A DNA stretch of 46,316 bases from an uncultured Lachnospiraceae bacterium (lineage in GTDB: Bacteria; Bacillota; Clostridia; Lachnospirales; Lachnospiraceae), in assembly GCA_947177515.1 (NCBI GenBank), contig CAMWUU010000001.1, positions 1 through 46,316 on the forward strand. Reading direction: 5' to 3'. The position numbers and the translations under genes were made by a program. Below the pieces are notes generated by a model. That model was not told where the DNA came from and did not search any database. It saw only the letters and a list, made by a program, of their open reading frames with translations. Each line of letters begins with the position of its first letter. Within the stretch, counting starts at the first letter, position 1. Of this stretch, positions 44,930 through 46,316 are shown one piece after another.

Positions 44930-44964
44930 TGGATGTGGTTAGAAGAAAGGGAAAGGTGGGTCTT

Positions 44965-45225
44965 ATGTTCGGTTTCCTAAAAAAAGTCGGAAAAGTGAAT
45001 CAGCTTGAGAAAATTGCGCAGGAACTGGAAATGAACATGTCAAATAATTATAAAGATGCGGCGCAGGAAAACTTTAAGGAATTTGAGCGGACTTTAAATG
45101 ATTTAAGTGCAACAGGAGAGATTAGTGAAGCGCAGGCTGCAAGCTATAAACGAAAGTTGTCCGCCTATAAACAGAAATTGAAAAATTATACGCACAAGGA
45201 TCAGAAGGTTACATGGATGCTGTAA
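44965..45225 (+). CDS. Small helical hypothetical protein (86 aa)
   Basis: ORF track 44860..45225. ATG 44965 follows AAGGGAAAGGTGGG. Product MFGFLKKVGKVNQLEKIAQELEMNMSNNYKDAAQ... is a lysine/glutamate-rich predicted helical protein. Confidence 0.5.
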   Translation: MFGFLKKVGKVNQLEKIAQELEMNMSNNYKDAAQENFKEFERTLNDLSATGEISEAQAASYKRKLSAYKQKLKNYTHKDQKVTWML

Positions 45226-45328
45226 GGGAAAATGGGATTTACCTGCCAATTTCCGACAAAAATATTGACAGTAAGTTACGGTTATGCTATACTTTTTTGC
45301 AGTAAATACAAACAGGGAGGAATGGAGT

Positions 45329-45973
45329 ATGATATTAAAGGAAGCATATCGCTATCAGAATTTTTTAGATCGCTTGCTTTCGGAGGTGCAGACTTTTTTG
45401 ATGTCTGAAACATTTATTACAAATGTAAAGCAGACACATCACCGTAAAAAAGCAAACCCGGATGCGCAGGATGAAGTGATTGAGGTGAAAAAAAGAATTG
45501 TGAGCGGGGTTTTGCAGTTGGTTTCCGCGCCTGCCTTCACCCCAATGCAGGCAGTGGATTTTACAGTGAGGGCGTTAGAGGAAAAGGAAAAACTTTCGCT
45601 TGCCATTCTCGAAGCTAAAAAGACAACAAAAATCGATATGGATCATACGGTCGCGATGAATAAAAAGCGGCAGGAATTTATTGCGACATTAAAATTTATG
45701 GATGGGGTGAAGGACAAAGAAGAGAAGTCGGGAGGTACGGATTACAAGTTTAACCAGGAAGGGAACCAGGTATCCTACTGTTATGATATTGACGAGGTGG
45801 TTACGATCGATTTTGACAGAAAGGATGTCAAAGGGCTGATTAAGAAACTGACAAAGCAGTGTGACGAATTGTCGATTATCCTAGATGGGCTTTTGGTTAC
45901 TACAAAGGTCGATTATACCCCGATCTGGGATATCAATGATTCCCTCGAAGATATTATTCTGGGGAATGTTTGA
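45329..45973 (+). CDS. Hypothetical protein (214 aa)
   Basis: ORF track 45284..45973. ATG 45329 lies 8 nt after CAGGGAGG. Product MILKEAYRYQNFLDRLL... has no motif I can assign. Confidence 0.55.
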   Translation: MILKEAYRYQNFLDRLLSEVQTFLMSETFITNVKQTHHRKKANPDAQDEVIEVKKRIVSGVLQLVSAPAFTPMQAVDFTVRALEEKEKLSLAILEAKKTTKIDMDHTVAMNKKRQEFIATLKFMDGVKDKEEKSGGTDYKFNQEGNQVSYCYDIDEVVTIDFDRKDVKGLIKKLTKQCDELSIILDGLLVTTKVDYTPIWDINDSLEDIILGNV

Positions 45974-46316
45974 GGATTTTTACCCGGTGCCGCGCCCTAA
46001 AGGCATAACCTGACTTGCTGCGATGGAACCTAAATCAGGATAGTTGGCCGCATTTGCTGATATGCAGCATGGGCAGGTAAATCGGATGATTTCATAGTCA
46101 GTATGACCGCTTAGAATAGAACTAAAATGGATTTCCTGTGGCTGGCCGCTTCAGGTGCAGATGAAGTATGATGCTGCATACTGCCTGTCTTGCTGCTTTG
46201 CAAAAAGATATTGGCGAATTGATTTTAGTGATGTTTTACTTTATTGAACATGAGGTTCAAATTGGATGCCGTCTGCGCAGTGCGATTTGCGAGATTGTAA
46301 ATTCCCTGTTTTGTCG

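Noticed and set aside
46225-46316. Two minus-strand frames remain open to the right window edge, with stops at 46241-46243 and 46225-46227. Either could be the 3' end of a convergent gene.
   Set aside because: Only 24-30 codons are visible and the two frames are ambiguous, so this is not annotatable.

Overview
This is a 46.3-kb chromosomal segment from a Firmicutes/Clostridia-type genome (GGAGG-type ribosome binding sites, frequent 4-bp ATGA gene overlaps, roughly 45-50% GC by eye). No rRNA, tRNA or CRISPR array was seen.

Gene content, left to right:
- 1-9.9 kb: a zinc-ribbon P-loop NTPase, a TldD/TldE (PmbA) metalloprotease pair, a soluble methyl-accepting chemotaxis protein with a C-terminal CZB zinc-sensing domain, a flavodoxin-like protein, a TetR regulator and a GH31 glycosidase.
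- 10.3-17 kb: two tandem paralogous lipoproteins of about 830 aa and unknown function, then an ECF sigma factor with a putative anti-sigma factor.
- 17-42 kb: a large pectin/hexuronate utilisation locus. It holds a CE8 pectinesterase, an LplABC-like CUT1 ABC transporter with a 741-aa binding lipoprotein, two MsmX/MalK-type ATPases, GH28, GH105 and GH4 (LplD-like) enzymes, an AEC transporter, an Eda aldolase fused to a VOC domain, a TIM-barrel isomerase, and uxaB, uxaA and uxaC.
- 42.3-44.4 kb: an AT-rich type II restriction-modification pair (m5C methyltransferase plus a PD-ExK endonuclease).
- 44.9-46 kb: two hypothetical genes.

Most interesting unexplained items:
1. Four small 4-TM proteins are wrapped around, and partly translationally coupled to, the first MalK-type ATPase.
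2. The tandem giant lipoprotein paralogs carry DxDxDG loops and sit next to the ECF sigma pair.
3. Two intergenic tandem-repeat arrays (about 21-bp phased and 30-bp) precede pectin-catabolic genes, in a locus with no recognisable regulator.
4. Immunity-like accessory genes (SUKH/SMI1-KNR4, a small DUF-like protein, a Cys-rich zinc-ribbon protein) and a possible decayed TnpB fragment interrupt the uxaB-uxaA-uxaC operon.
5. The Eda-VOC fusion, coupled to a TIM-barrel isomerase, occurs where kduI, kduD and kdgK are absent.

I did not recognise a clear-cut known defence or mobile system beyond the R-M pair. All functional calls come from motif recognition by eye and need database confirmation.
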